Positions 51,347-61,469 of a stretch of DNA of 64,000 bases are shown here, one piece after another (position 1 is the first letter of the stretch; every line of letters starts with the position of its first letter). This DNA comes from Candidatus Nanopelagicales bacterium (GTDB lineage: Bacteria; Actinomycetota; Actinomycetes; S36-B12): the NCBI GenBank assembly GCA_018609125.1, contig JABAYF010000002.1, positions 25,540 to 89,539 on the forward strand, in the 5' to 3' direction. The position numbers and the translations under genes are program-made. The notes under the pieces are model-generated. The model saw nothing but the letters and a program-made list of their open reading frames with translations. It was not told where the DNA came from and did no database searches.

Positions 51347-51763
51347 ATGAACATGCCGGCCGGTTGGTATGCCGACCCCTTCACCGATCATCTCCAGCGC
51401 TACTGGACCGGGGACTCCTGGACCAAAGAAACCCGACCGCTTGCACCGGAACCAACCCCGGCCGAGGCGCCACCTGTCACCACCGATGGCCAACCCGTCG
51501 TGGTGCGCGACTATCTCGTGGTTTCTATCCTTACCTTGATTTTTTGCTTTTGGCCGCTGGCAATTCCGGCGGTGTACTTCGCTGCCCGTGCGAACTCAGC
51601 CAAAAGTAAAGGTGATCTGGCTGTTGCGGTGCGATATAGCGAGCGGGCGCGCCTGTTCATCATGCTCTCACTCGTTGGGGGTGCCCTGGTTGCTCTTTAT
51701 TTGGGTTTCGTGGTCTTCACCCAAGGCACCGACGGGCTCGGATTACTCGGCGAGGTAACGTAG
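51347..51763 (+). CDS. DUF2510 + CD225/dispanin family membrane protein
   Basis: An N-terminal GWYADP...RYWTGDSW (DUF2510-like) motif, then a two-TM CD225-like segment (LVVSILTLIFCFWPLAIPAVYFAARANS). Start set at ATG 51347. Confidence 0.7.
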   Translation: MNMPAGWYADPFTDHLQRYWTGDSWTKETRPLAPEPTPAEAPPVTTDGQPVVVRDYLVVSILTLIFCFWPLAIPAVYFAARANSAKSKGDLAVAVRYSERARLFIMLSLVGGALVALYLGFVVFTQGTDGLGLLGEVT

Positions 51764-51810
51764 TAATCCGTGGTCAGTCGTCCACGACACGTCCACGTCA
51801 GGAGAAGTTC

Positions 51811-52272
51811 GTGCACTTGCCCAGCTTTGCGGCCATTGGCGCTGCCTCCCTCATCGCCGTAACCGGGCTCACCGCGTGCTCCTCCGGTGACGATGGTGCC
51901 GCTTCTGGCAACGTAGATTGCGCCGCCGCCAACGAGGCCATTTTGAATTACAGCACCGCATTGGCCGAGTTCGTGCAGGGCCTCACCGAGGAGAATCCCG
52001 ACATGGCTCGTGCGGGCGCCGACGCATTCTTGACCGCGGCAACCCAAATCCCACGCGCACTTCCCGGCGTTCCCGCCGCCGCAGAATCTTTCGTCACGGT
52101 GTCTGAAGATGCTAGCCGGTTGATCAACAACGCTCTCAACGATGGCGTGAGTGGTGAAGAAATCCTCGACGAGTTGAACGTATTGTTTAACTCTGAGGAA
52201 TTCAGTACCGGCGGCGACGCGGTCGATGACTACTTCCGCACCCAGTGCCCCGACGAAGCAAACCCGAGCTAG
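51811..52272 (+). CDS. lipoprotein of unknown function
   Basis: Signal peptide with lipobox LTAC (AASLIAVTGLTACSSG). GTG start. Confidence 0.7.
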   Translation: MHLPSFAAIGAASLIAVTGLTACSSGDDGAASGNVDCAAANEAILNYSTALAEFVQGLTEENPDMARAGADAFLTAATQIPRALPGVPAAAESFVTVSEDASRLINNALNDGVSGEEILDELNVLFNSEEFSTGGDAVDDYFRTQCPDEANPS

Positions 52273-52425
52273 CGCCAAGACACACATCGCGATGTAGCCG
52301 CGCACCTTGCAAGTCGATCTTGACGACTGCGAGACACCAATGGTGCTCAATGTTGAACTGCTGTGCGAGAAATACCTCACCTAGGAATAAAGGTGGTCCC
52401 CGTCAATACGGGTGAGAGAAAGGAC

Positions 52426-55400
52426 TTACACACTGCGGCGATATTGGCCGCCCACTTCGAAGAATGCCTCGGTGATTTGCCCAAGCGAACAGTGCCGCAC
52501 TGCGCTCATCAGGGCCGCAAAAACATTGCCACCGGTGAGCGCTACCTGCTTAAGGTGGGCGAGTTCCCGTTGCGCATCAACAGCGTGTTCCTGCTGAAAC
52601 GCCACGAGCCGATCTAATTGGGACTGCCGTTGCGTTTCGGTACCGCGAGCGAGTGACTGTGGTTGATCAGTCACCCGTGATGGGCCAGGGTTAAGAAACG
52701 TATTCACACCGACGATGGGAATGGAACCATCATGTTTACCGTGTTCGTATCGCATTGATTCATCTTGAATCTTGCCGCGCTGATAGCCGGTCTCCATCGC
52801 GCCAAGAACCCCACCGCGATCCGCCATGCGATCAAACTCGGCTAGGACAGCCTGCTCAACAAGGTCGGTCAACTCCTGCACAATGAAGGAACCCTGAAGG
52901 GAGTTTTCATTGAGCAGCAGACCCCATTCGGAGTCAATGATCATCTGAATTGCCAGGGCACGGCGCACTGATTCAGCCGTGGGTGTGGTGACCGCCTCGT
53001 CATATGCGTTGGTGTGCAGTGAGTTCGCGTTGTCATAAAAAGCGCATAGCGCCTGCAATGTGGTGCGAATGTCGTTGAAGTCCATCTCTTGGGCGTGCAG
53101 CGAACGCCCAGAAGTCTGAATGTGATACTTCAGCTGTTGAGAGCGAGAATCTGCTTCGTACACATCGCGCATCGCTAGCGCCCAGATGCGTCGAGCCACC
53201 CGACCAATGACGGTGTACTCAATGTCCATGCCATTGGAGAAAAAGAAGGAGAGGTTGGGCGCGAAGTCATCCACCTGCATGCCACGAGCAAGATAGGCCT
53301 CCACATACGTGAAGCCATTGGCCAGGGTGAAAGCAAGCTGGCTAATCGGGTTCGCGCCTGCCTCGGCAATATGGTAGCCGCTGATCGACACCGAATAGAA
53401 GTTGCGCACCTCGTGATCAATGAACCACTGTTGAATATCTGCCATGCAGCGCAATGAAAATTCGGTGGAGAAGAGGCAGGTGTTCTGCCCCTGATCCTCC
53501 TTCAAAATATCGGCCTGCACTGTGCCGCGCAGCACGCTGAGTGTGTGCCGGGAAATCTCCGCGGCCTCCACTGCGTCTGGTGACCGGCCATGTTGTGTGG
53601 CAAATGAATCAAGTTGGGCGTCGATTGCTGTGTTGAAATACATCGCCAAAATTGCCGGTGCCGGGCCATTGATGGTCATCGACACCGATGTGTTCGGGGC
53701 GCACAGGTCGAAACCCGCGTACACCTGCTTCATGTCGACAAGCGTGGCCACGCTCACCCCAGAGGTGCCGACCTTGCCGTAGATATCGGGTTGGCGGGCC
53801 GGATCGCGGCCGTAGAGGGTGACCGAATCGAATGCGGTCGACAGGCGCACCGCGGGTTGACCCGCACTAAGTAAATGAAACCGAGCGTTCGTGTGCGCTG
53901 GGTCTCCTTCTCCGGCAAACATGCGCGCTGGGGATTCTCCCGTTCGCTTCAGCGGAAAAACACCGGCGGTATACGGGAAATAACCCGGCAGGTTTTCATC
54001 GCGCAGAAAACGCAGGATGGCCCCGGGTTCATCGTCGGGGGGCAATGACACGCGCGATATTTCACTGTCACTTTGGGTCCTGCGCTTTAGGGGCGCTTGA
54101 ACATCGCGCCCCCGGATCGGATAGGTGAGTTCATCAGCTTCGTACCTCGCCCGGGTGGTCGGCCATTCGTCGAGTTGCTTGAGCACACCCGGTGCCAATA
54201 GTGACTGCACATCCTCAGCCAAAGTGTTGGCTGCTTGGGCTGCGGTGTCTTGACTCGCCTCGGTTAACTGTACGGCCGCGCTCCTGAGTGCTGTCCAGTC
54301 ACGCACGCGGTCAATCTGTTCAGCCGTTTCATCGTGATACGCGCGCACAGCGGCACTAATTTGCGCCAGGTGACGTTCACTCCCACGCGGAATAACCACG
54401 TGCTGCGGTGCTTTGTGCGTTTGCAGAGTTGGCATCGGGAGTGCATCGAGTCCGTGTTCGGTGAGCCGCATGATGAGATCGATCGCAAGTCGGTCTACGC
54501 CGGCGTCGGCGAAATGTGCGGCCGAGGTAAGAAAGACCGGCATCTGCTCCCAGGTTGCAGCGAAGTCTCCTCGGTTGCGCAGCACCTGGCGGGCAACATC
54601 GCGTCGAGCGTCATCTGCCCCTCGGCGTTCAGATTTGTTGATTGCCACGACATCGGCGAAATCAAGCATGTCGATTTTCTCCAACTGTGACGGCGCACCA
54701 AACTCAGGGGTCATCACATATAGCGCCACGTCGCAGTGACCCACAATGGAGGTATCGGCTTGGCCCATGCCTGGTGTTTCAATGATCACGAGGTCATAGC
54801 CGGCTGCTGCACAGGACTTCACCATGTCGTTGATGCCTGGTGGCAACCCCGAACCCGCATCGCGCATGGCCAGTGACCGGAAAAAAACAACATCCGGGTC
54901 GATGGAGTTCATTCGAATGCGATCACCAAGCAGCGCACCACCACCCCGACGGCGGGTCGGATCGAACGCCAAAACTGCAATCCGCACCTTGTCTTCCCCG
55001 TGTCGCCGGAACCGGCGGATCAATTCATCGGTGAGCGAGGACTTCCCCGATCCTCCGGTGCCCGTGATACCCAGTACGGGCACCCGAGGGGGGTCGTCGG
55101 TGCGCAACCGTGCGACGAGGTCGTCGTCGGGTGAGTTCTCGATCAGCGTGATCATACGAGCCAGGTCAGCGACACAACCCGCACGCAGCCCTTCCCAGGA
55201 TGGCTTGTCTTCGGTGAGATCAACATCGCACTCACGGATAAGCTCGTTTATCATTGCCGCCAGCCCCAGGGATTGGCCCTCTTCCGGTGAAAAGATGCGC
55301 ACACCGATGCTGGCTAACTCGCTGATCTCTGCGGGGATGATGACGCCCCCGCCACCGCCATAGATGCGAATGTGAGAACCACCGTGAACGTTGAGTTGTT

Positions 55401-55653
55401 CTCGCAGGTATGCGAAATACTCCAGGTGCCCACCCTGGTAGGAAGAGATGGCCACACCCTGTACGTCTTCACTAATCGCCGCTGCCACTACGTCAGCAAC
55501 ACTGCGGTCGTGACCGAGGTGGATCACTTCTGCGCCCTGGCTCTGCAGGAGGCGGCGCATGATGTTGATCGCGGCATCGTGGCCGTCAAATAGGCTCGCG
55601 GCCGTCACGAAACGCACCGGATGATGCGGAACGTGCAGTACGGGAGTCCCCAT
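52426..55653 (-). CDS. icmF: fused isobutyryl-CoA mutase (B12-binding domain + MeaB-like GTPase + mutase domain)
   Basis: 1075 aa. The N-terminal FDGHDAAINIMRR B12 domain is followed by a P-loop GTGGSGKSS, then a methylmalonyl-CoA-mutase-like catalytic domain. Confidence 0.9.
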   Translation of the reverse strand: MGTPVLHVPHHPVRFVTAASLFDGHDAAINIMRRLLQSQGAEVIHLGHDRSVADVVAAAISEDVQGVAISSYQGGHLEYFAYLREQLNVHGGSHIRIYGGGGGVIIPAEISELASIGVRIFSPEEGQSLGLAAMINELIRECDVDLTEDKPSWEGLRAGCVADLARMITLIENSPDDDLVARLRTDDPPRVPVLGITGTGGSGKSSLTDELIRRFRRHGEDKVRIAVLAFDPTRRRGGGALLGDRIRMNSIDPDVVFFRSLAMRDAGSGLPPGINDMVKSCAAAGYDLVIIETPGMGQADTSIVGHCDVALYVMTPEFGAPSQLEKIDMLDFADVVAINKSERRGADDARRDVARQVLRNRGDFAATWEQMPVFLTSAAHFADAGVDRLAIDLIMRLTEHGLDALPMPTLQTHKAPQHVVIPRGSERHLAQISAAVRAYHDETAEQIDRVRDWTALRSAAVQLTEASQDTAAQAANTLAEDVQSLLAPGVLKQLDEWPTTRARYEADELTYPIRGRDVQAPLKRRTQSDSEISRVSLPPDDEPGAILRFLRDENLPGYFPYTAGVFPLKRTGESPARMFAGEGDPAHTNARFHLLSAGQPAVRLSTAFDSVTLYGRDPARQPDIYGKVGTSGVSVATLVDMKQVYAGFDLCAPNTSVSMTINGPAPAILAMYFNTAIDAQLDSFATQHGRSPDAVEAAEISRHTLSVLRGTVQADILKEDQGQNTCLFSTEFSLRCMADIQQWFIDHEVRNFYSVSISGYHIAEAGANPISQLAFTLANGFTYVEAYLARGMQVDDFAPNLSFFFSNGMDIEYTVIGRVARRIWALAMRDVYEADSRSQQLKYHIQTSGRSLHAQEMDFNDIRTTLQALCAFYDNANSLHTNAYDEAVTTPTAESVRRALAIQMIIDSEWGLLLNENSLQGSFIVQELTDLVEQAVLAEFDRMADRGGVLGAMETGYQRGKIQDESMRYEHGKHDGSIPIVGVNTFLNPGPSRVTDQPQSLARGTETQRQSQLDRLVAFQQEHAVDAQRELAHLKQVALTGGNVFAALMSAVRHCSLGQITEAFFEVGGQYRRSV

Positions 55654-55731
55654 CTTTTGATCCTAGGCAATCAAGGAGACACCCGCACGGCGCTATGCCA
55701 AACTGACGTTCCCCGAATTGGAGCGTGGTAT

Positions 55732-56631
55732 ATGCAAAATAGAGCCTGGACGACGACTGTCGCTATGGGTCTTGGTCTTACCTTGATTGCTGCATTGCCC
55801 GCGGCTGCGGTGCAAAGTTCTGGCACTACCCAACCGGATGTAGCGGTCACCGGCGACGTTGCACCCGGGGTGAGCAAGCTCTACGTTCAACAATCGCGCA
55901 CGGCAACGGCCGAACGTATTCGTGGTGCGCGCTACGAAGTGAAGTTGCGCGGCGTTGACCCCACTACCCTGTGGTTCGCTGATCGACCCGATCGAAGCGC
56001 GGGGTCGCAGAGCACCCGCTCCTTCATCAATACCTGGGCCAGTCTCGGTTTCGCCAGTGACCCGCCCAATGCGGTCATTCAATTCGGTGAAAACGAAGGG
56101 GTCGCGGTGGAGCTAAAGAGGCCCCGTTATAACGCGACCAAGCAGGTTTTGCGCTACACCGCCGTGGTCATTGATCAACAAACACCGCGCTTGCCGAAGA
56201 AGCTTGCCAATGTGTCTGTATTCATTGATGACGCGGGCCTGGAGTATGCAACCGCTACTTTTCAGATCTCCAATTGGCAACCAGGACAGCAAGTTTCAAT
56301 TGATCTCACCCAGGCACTAGGTGCAGTTGCTTTTTCTTCCGGAGAATTCCCAACGGTGTCTGGTATCTCGATCATTGGTGAAGATGGACCGATACCGCTC
56401 ACCGAATTCCGGATGACCGAGGCCTCTTTGATCTTGCAATCTTCAGCTTCTGAATCCGCCGAAGCGATCGAGGCACAGGTGATGCTGTCCCTCTCCGCCG
56501 AATCAGATACCCAATCGTTCTACCTGTCAAACCGCTCTGACCCCGGGGTTGAAATCTCGTTCGCACTGGGCACTTCTGTGCCGCAAACAGTGAACAACTC
56601 ACTCACGCTATTTTCATGGGAAAATAATTAG
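55732..56631 (+). CDS. secreted protein of unknown function
   Basis: Signal peptide (MGLGLTLIAALPAAAVQ) and a WFADRPDR...DPPNAV pattern recalled from uncharacterised secreted proteins. ATG 55732 with GGAGCG upstream. Visibly lower GC than its neighbours. Confidence 0.6.
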   Translation: MQNRAWTTTVAMGLGLTLIAALPAAAVQSSGTTQPDVAVTGDVAPGVSKLYVQQSRTATAERIRGARYEVKLRGVDPTTLWFADRPDRSAGSQSTRSFINTWASLGFASDPPNAVIQFGENEGVAVELKRPRYNATKQVLRYTAVVIDQQTPRLPKKLANVSVFIDDAGLEYATATFQISNWQPGQQVSIDLTQALGAVAFSSGEFPTVSGISIIGEDGPIPLTEFRMTEASLILQSSASESAEAIEAQVMLSLSAESDTQSFYLSNRSDPGVEISFALGTSVPQTVNNSLTLFSWENN

Positions 56632-56937
56632 ATGCGCGCTCTTGCTGCCGGTGTTGCCGCCGGATCGTTGATCGGCGGCTACGCCGTGGCCCGCTACACG
56701 AAACGTCGTGAACTAGGTGGCGTCGTGCTCGCTGCTGGCGGGGCTACCTGCGGGGTGATGTGGTGGCGCGTGGCTGGTCCCGTGCCTGCCGCGCTCTCCC
56801 TCGCGGTCTATCTCGGGGCCTTCGGTGGCTCGCACCCACTGGCCAAGAAAATGGGGGCCTGGCCATCGGTGCTGAGCGCGGCAGCCACCACGGCTATGAG
56901 TACCTACGCGTTATCGGCGCCGCGCTCGACCACGTAA
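56632..56937 (+). CDS. small membrane protein (3 predicted TM helices)
   Basis: The ATG directly abuts the stop of the preceding gene (TAGATG). Hydrophobic, Gly/Ala-rich sequence. Confidence 0.5.
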   Translation: MRALAAGVAAGSLIGGYAVARYTKRRELGGVVLAAGGATCGVMWWRVAGPVPAALSLAVYLGAFGGSHPLAKKMGAWPSVLSAAATTAMSTYALSAPRSTT

Positions 56938-57323
56938 TCTCCCAACTGGTCAAGGACCTCCTGCGGAATGCGAATGGGCCGGCCAGACTCAGCATCAATG
57001 ACGGCTAGTTTTGTTACTGCGGTGGCTGCGACCACACCGTTTTCGTCGTGGATGACGTAGTTGATGTCGTAGGAAGACCGACCCAGCCGAGACACCCACA
57101 GATCAATGCGCAGCGGCTCGCGCGCATACCCCAACGGTTTCACGTAGCGCAGGTTGTGATCAACCACAATCTGGCTGTAACCCCGGCCAAAGACCAGACT
57201 CACGTCTTCGATCAAACCCACCCGTGCTTCTTGGAGATAGTCCAGGTAGATCACATTATTCACATGCCCGAGCGGGTCAAGATCGGAAAATCGACGGTAC
57301 ACCGCAACAGATTTCATGGCCAT
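56904..57323 (-). CDS. acyl-CoA thioesterase (4HBT/YbgC-like hotdog fold)
   Basis: DLDPLGHVNNVIYLDY motif with the catalytic Asp. Confidence 0.8.
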   Translation of the reverse strand: MAMKSVAVYRRFSDLDPLGHVNNVIYLDYLQEARVGLIEDVSLVFGRGYSQIVVDHNLRYVKPLGYAREPLRIDLWVSRLGRSSYDINYVIHDENGVVAATAVTKLAVIDAESGRPIRIPQEVLDQLGDYVVERGADNA

Positions 57324-57326
57324 CGG

Positions 57327-57854
57327 CTAGGACCAATCGGGGTTGAGCGGTTGGGGTCGCGGGTCAATCAGGTGGGGTGAATCGCGCCGATGCACCAGGA
57401 AGGTGCGCTTAAACGAACACACTTCCTCTCCGTTTTGGTTCAAGGTTCGGGTTTTCACCGTGACGATGCCGGCATGTGGGCGTGAACTCGACGGACGCAC
57501 CCCCAGCACTAGCGACTCCGACCACAACGTGTCACCGGCAAACACAGGATGGGTCATGCGCACTTCATCCCAGCCAAGATTCGCGACACCATTTTGAGTG
57601 AGGTCGGTGACACTTTGCCCGGATGCGATCGCCAGGGTGAGTGGAGAGACGATGAGTGGTCTACCAAACTCGGTGAGCTTGCCGTACTCCACATTGAAGT
57701 GCAGTTCGCTGGTGTTCATGGTGAGCAGGGTGAACCAGGTGTTGTCGTCCTGGGTGACCGTGCGACCGAGCGGATGACGATAGATCGCACCCTCCTGAAA
57801 GTCCTCGAAGAAGCGACCTTTCCAACCGTCCACCTCGTACGCATCAGAACTCAT
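57327..57854 (-). CDS. MaoC family dehydratase (hotdog fold)
   Basis: MaoC-like blocks (FTLLTMN..., HPVFAGDTL), about 175 aa. Confidence 0.85.
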   Translation of the reverse strand: MSSDAYEVDGWKGRFFEDFQEGAIYRHPLGRTVTQDDNTWFTLLTMNTSELHFNVEYGKLTEFGRPLIVSPLTLAIASGQSVTDLTQNGVANLGWDEVRMTHPVFAGDTLWSESLVLGVRPSSSRPHAGIVTVKTRTLNQNGEEVCSFKRTFLVHRRDSPHLIDPRPQPLNPDWS

Positions 57855-57905
57855 CTGGGCCTGCCTCGACGTTGAAGTAATTTTCCTTGATCCTAGGCAG
57901 CGCGC

Positions 57906-58838
57906 CTAGATGTTGCGGTGGTCAACACGCGTCATGCGCGGGCCGCGTCGGGGCATGTCCTTGAAGCGAGTGAGTTCCAGTAAGCGAACGACGCGTTGGC
58001 GGTGAGGGCGAAAGGGCTCGAGGAGTTCCAGCATGTCGGCGTCGGTGCCGTCGAGTCGTCCGGTGAATGCCCAGGTAATTACTCTCCCCAGGTGGTAGTC
58101 ACCCACCGAGACTGCATCGGTGTCACCCAGGGCCGTCTTAGCGATTTCTGCAGATGTCCACGCCCCGATGCCACGAATAGCCTGCAGTCTTATGTAAGCG
58201 TCAGTGCGATTCATCGTGATAGCTTCTTCGATCCGCGATGCGTATCGCGCCGCATTCACGATCGTTCGTGAACGTTGGGGGTCGACTCCGGCCCGATGCC
58301 ATTCCCATGAGGGAATCTGGCGCCATTCATCGGCGCTCGGTGGCACGTACATGCCATCGGGTGCCGGCCCAGGTGCTGGGGTGCCGAACTTCTTCAGCAG
58401 CCGATTGCGTGCGGCAATCGCGTCTAATCCCACCACCTTTTGTTCCAGCACGGCGAACACCAGTGCTTCGAACACACACTGGGTGCTCGGCACGCGAAGG
58501 TGTGCGTACCGCCGATAGGCATCGCGGAGGCTGTCGCTATTCCTGGTCAGTTCAGCCAACGGATCTTCGCGAACCTCATCGGTGCTATGTCCGAGCAGTT
58601 GGGGAACATTGTGTAGCTGCCAGGTGGCGCCCGCTCCCCACGCGCGAGCATCCACGGTGTGTTCATCCACCTGATGCAGGTGCAAGGTGACCGGACCATC
58701 AGGTGTGTGGGCGGTGCGCCACATATGCGCGTCCACTACCCGATACACCGGGTCGTAGCGGCCTCGATTGAGAACTGACAACGTGTGCGCGGCATTGATG
58801 GGTGTGGGTGAGCTCCAATGTCGCACTCCCTGGGTCAC
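57906..58838 (-). CDS. DNA-3-methyladenine glycosylase 2 family protein (AlkA-like, HhH-GPD)
   Basis: HhH motif LQAIRGIGAWTSAEI followed by the catalytic-Asp block VSVGDYHL. Confidence 0.8.
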   Translation of the reverse strand: MTQGVRHWSSPTPINAAHTLSVLNRGRYDPVYRVVDAHMWRTAHTPDGPVTLHLHQVDEHTVDARAWGAGATWQLHNVPQLLGHSTDEVREDPLAELTRNSDSLRDAYRRYAHLRVPSTQCVFEALVFAVLEQKVVGLDAIAARNRLLKKFGTPAPGPAPDGMYVPPSADEWRQIPSWEWHRAGVDPQRSRTIVNAARYASRIEEAITMNRTDAYIRLQAIRGIGAWTSAEIAKTALGDTDAVSVGDYHLGRVITWAFTGRLDGTDADMLELLEPFRPHRQRVVRLLELTRFKDMPRRGPRMTRVDHRNI

Positions 58839-58962
58839 CCCCGCATTGTTTCAGTCGGTGGTTTGACTCCTTACCCAGGTGACATTTGATGAAATCACCG
58901 GTGGTGCTGGCGCTATCGCGATGCTCCGGGAGGCAAAAGAGTCAGTGCTGCGTGCTTTTTAG

Positions 58963-59856
58963 TCAGTTATTCGTGCCGGTTGCAATACCGAGTTCGCGCG
59001 CTAGGTCACGTGCACCATGACGATTTACGGTGCCGGTCTGTCGATAGAAGCCGATGAGATCACTGCGCACGGTGGATTGGCTGTAATCAAGAGCCCGAGC
59101 GATCTGGGCATAGGTCATACCCGACGCTTGCAGGCGAAATACCTGCAACTGCCTGGTGGTCAACCCTTTTTCTCGACCCCAGGCAATCAAATCCACCGCT
59201 GGCTGGTCCGCATTTTCACTCCGCTTGGACACCGATGGGGATGAGCCAAATAGTTGTTGACTGACTGATAGATACATGCCGCATAGATCGGCGAGTTGAT
59301 TGAGCAAGCGCACTGACCGCGAGGGCACCGAAACACTTTCCTTGAATGTCATGCACAGCGCGCCGAGTAGGCCCGCCTGCGATTGCATTCGAGCAACCAT
59401 CCACTCAATGCCGATGCGGGCGTCGAACAGTGGCAGGGCGCTTGGGTCGGGTGTGCTGATTTCATGGGTGGAACGCAGGCGTGGTTCGGCACGTAAAAGC
59501 GCATGAGCCACACCATGATCAGAGAATAGGTTGACTGGTTCATCTGTTTCGTCTATTGGCTGATATGGACCAAATGAGGCGAGTCGGGCAATCTCACCAC
59601 TGCTATCAGCTGAGATCAAGGTGGTGGCAATCGCCATCTCCGGCCAACCAATCGATAGCGTGAGATAGCGCACAATGTCTGCTGGCAATGGCTTTTGGGC
59701 GAGAAACTGAATGACTCGCGGCAGTACAGCGCCTGGATTTACCGCGCTATTTTCCGGCTGGAAACTTGCTCCCGCACCGGGCATTTCGTTGTGTTCATTC
59801 ATTGCGTCCCCCCCGAATTTCCGGGAAATCATGGTGCTTGTGTAGAGGTTGTTCAA
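58963..59856 (-). CDS. LuxR family transcriptional regulator (N-terminal sensor domain + C-terminal HTH)
   Basis: C-terminal LTTRQLQVFRLQASGMTYAQIARALDYSQSTVRSDL LuxR/GerE HTH. The start codon is uncertain. Confidence 0.8.
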   Translation of the reverse strand: MNNLYTSTMISRKFGGDAMNEHNEMPGAGASFQPENSAVNPGAVLPRVIQFLAQKPLPADIVRYLTLSIGWPEMAIATTLISADSSGEIARLASFGPYQPIDETDEPVNLFSDHGVAHALLRAEPRLRSTHEISTPDPSALPLFDARIGIEWMVARMQSQAGLLGALCMTFKESVSVPSRSVRLLNQLADLCGMYLSVSQQLFGSSPSVSKRSENADQPAVDLIAWGREKGLTTRQLQVFRLQASGMTYAQIARALDYSQSTVRSDLIGFYRQTGTVNRHGARDLARELGIATGTNN

Positions 59857-60089
59857 CTTTACTGAACACTGAAGTTAGCGGATGTCTTCATGATTTTCTC
59901 AAAAGTTGTCAAAGAGATGTCTCGCAACTTCACTTGGAATCTGTGACCGAGGATTGCGTTTTCGCGGGGGAATTGGGCAAACCAAAAGTCCGACAAAAGG
60001 TACCGCGGTCTCCCCTTGCCTTGTACGTCACACCACATATGCGGCACCGCCGTATCGTTGCCCAATCGCAGACTGGCTAGGTTAAGCCT

Positions 60090-61469
60090 GTGAGTATGTT
60101 GAGCCCCAGAGCGAGCGTCTACGACGCCGGGGCATTGCCCGCCTTGACTGAAGAAGTGGAACTCACGCAGGCATTGATTCGTAATGCTTGCGTGAATGAT
60201 GGTGGCACCAACGTCAGTGAATTACCCAATGCGGACTTGATGTTGGCCATTCTTGATGGAACAACTGCCGATATTGAATATTTCGATGCGGCCCCAGGGC
60301 GACGCTCAGTCATCGCTCGACTTCCCGGCACCGACTCGACGGCACCGACACTGATGTTGCTTGGCCATACCGATGTTGTACCGGCGAATCCTGATGCGTG
60401 GCAGCGGGATCCCTTCGGCGGTGAGGTTGTTGATGGTTTCCTTTGGGGGCGTGGTTCCCTGGACATGCTCAGTTACGTGGCGACCATGTCGCTGGCCTTT
60501 CGAGACTATGCAGCCCAAGGAATTCATCGTGGCGGTGATGTTGTTCTTGCCCTGGTGGCCGATGAGGAAGCACTGGGATCCCAGGGCATGGGTTGGCTTC
60601 AAGAGCATGAACCTGACGCTGTGACGGCACAGTGGGTGGTCACTGAATCCGGTGGTATCCCAAGCGGTACGCCAGCCGATCGGAGATTGGGTGTCTTGAC
60701 TGCTGAGAAGGGCGCATGGCGGATGGCAATTACCGTGCGCAGCGCTGGAGGACATGGCTCAATGCCACCGATCTCAGCAAGTGCTCTGGAGAAGGCTGCC
60801 GAGGTGATTGTCAGACTGCGAAAGCACCAACCACAAATCGTGGTGACCGAAGAGTGGCACACATACGTGCATGCGGCCTGGGATCAATCCGTTCACGAAG
60901 CGCTAACGAATCCGAGCACCGTTGATTTAGTAGTGGACTTGTTGCCGGAGTCCGCGGCACGGACGGTAAGTGCACTGACCCGAATGACGATCGTACCTAC
61001 CACCGTCGAGACATCAGGTTCTTTGAATGTGGTTGCTGATACAGCCAGAATCAACCTCGACGTCCGGACACTGCCGGGACAAGATCGCGTCGATGTCCTG
61101 AACGAAATCAATGCAGCCCTAGGTGACCTGTTCGAGGAAGTTCAAGTAGAAGTTGTTGTAAGTGGCGCCGCAACCAGAACTCCCCCGGTTGGCCCGTGGT
61201 GGAATTTATTGCAAACAGCTGCACGACTTCAGTATCCAAACGCCCGACTCACTCCGGCGGTATCTCCAGGCGCTACGGATGCTCGTTTTATGAGGCAGCG
61301 GGGGGCTGAAGCTTTTGGCTTTGGGCTCATGAGCGAACATTTCCCAGCGGCGGAGATATCCACCATGTTGCACGGGGTGAATGAGCGAATTGATCTTTCC
61401 TCTTTGGCGATGATGCGCACACTGTGGCAGGACCTGCTCGCCATGTTTGCGGCTGAAACAACTAGGTGA
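60090..61469 (+). CDS. M20/M25/M40 family metallopeptidase
   Basis: LLGHTDVV metal-ligand block, DMLS, and a VADEEALG (Glu-Glu-type) block. Confidence 0.85.
   Translation: MSMLSPRASVYDAGALPALTEEVELTQALIRNACVNDGGTNVSELPNADLMLAILDGTTADIEYFDAAPGRRSVIARLPGTDSTAPTLMLLGHTDVVPANPDAWQRDPFGGEVVDGFLWGRGSLDMLSYVATMSLAFRDYAAQGIHRGGDVVLALVADEEALGSQGMGWLQEHEPDAVTAQWVVTESGGIPSGTPADRRLGVLTAEKGAWRMAITVRSAGGHGSMPPISASALEKAAEVIVRLRKHQPQIVVTEEWHTYVHAAWDQSVHEALTNPSTVDLVVDLLPESAARTVSALTRMTIVPTTVETSGSLNVVADTARINLDVRTLPGQDRVDVLNEINAALGDLFEEVQVEVVVSGAATRTPPVGPWWNLLQTAARLQYPNARLTPAVSPGATDARFMRQRGAEAFGFGLMSEHFPAAEISTMLHGVNERIDLSSLAMMRTLWQDLLAMFAAETTR

Noticed and set aside
58889-59020. 43-codon plus-strand ORF (MKSPVVLALSRCSGRQKSQCCVLF...) with an AGGTGA SD between alkA and luxR, considered as a Cys-containing RiPP precursor
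   Set aside because: Its 3' third runs antisense through the end of the LuxR gene. It is on the opposite strand to, and 2.5 kb away from, the tailoring cassette. There is no supporting leader or core pattern.
59859-60065. 68-aa minus-strand ORF ending 2 nt before the LuxR start
   Set aside because: It occupies the AT-rich divergent promoter region between luxR and the M20 gene. It has no recognisable motif or SD, and a competing plus-strand ORF (59766-60080) covers the same DNA. Coding is unsupported.
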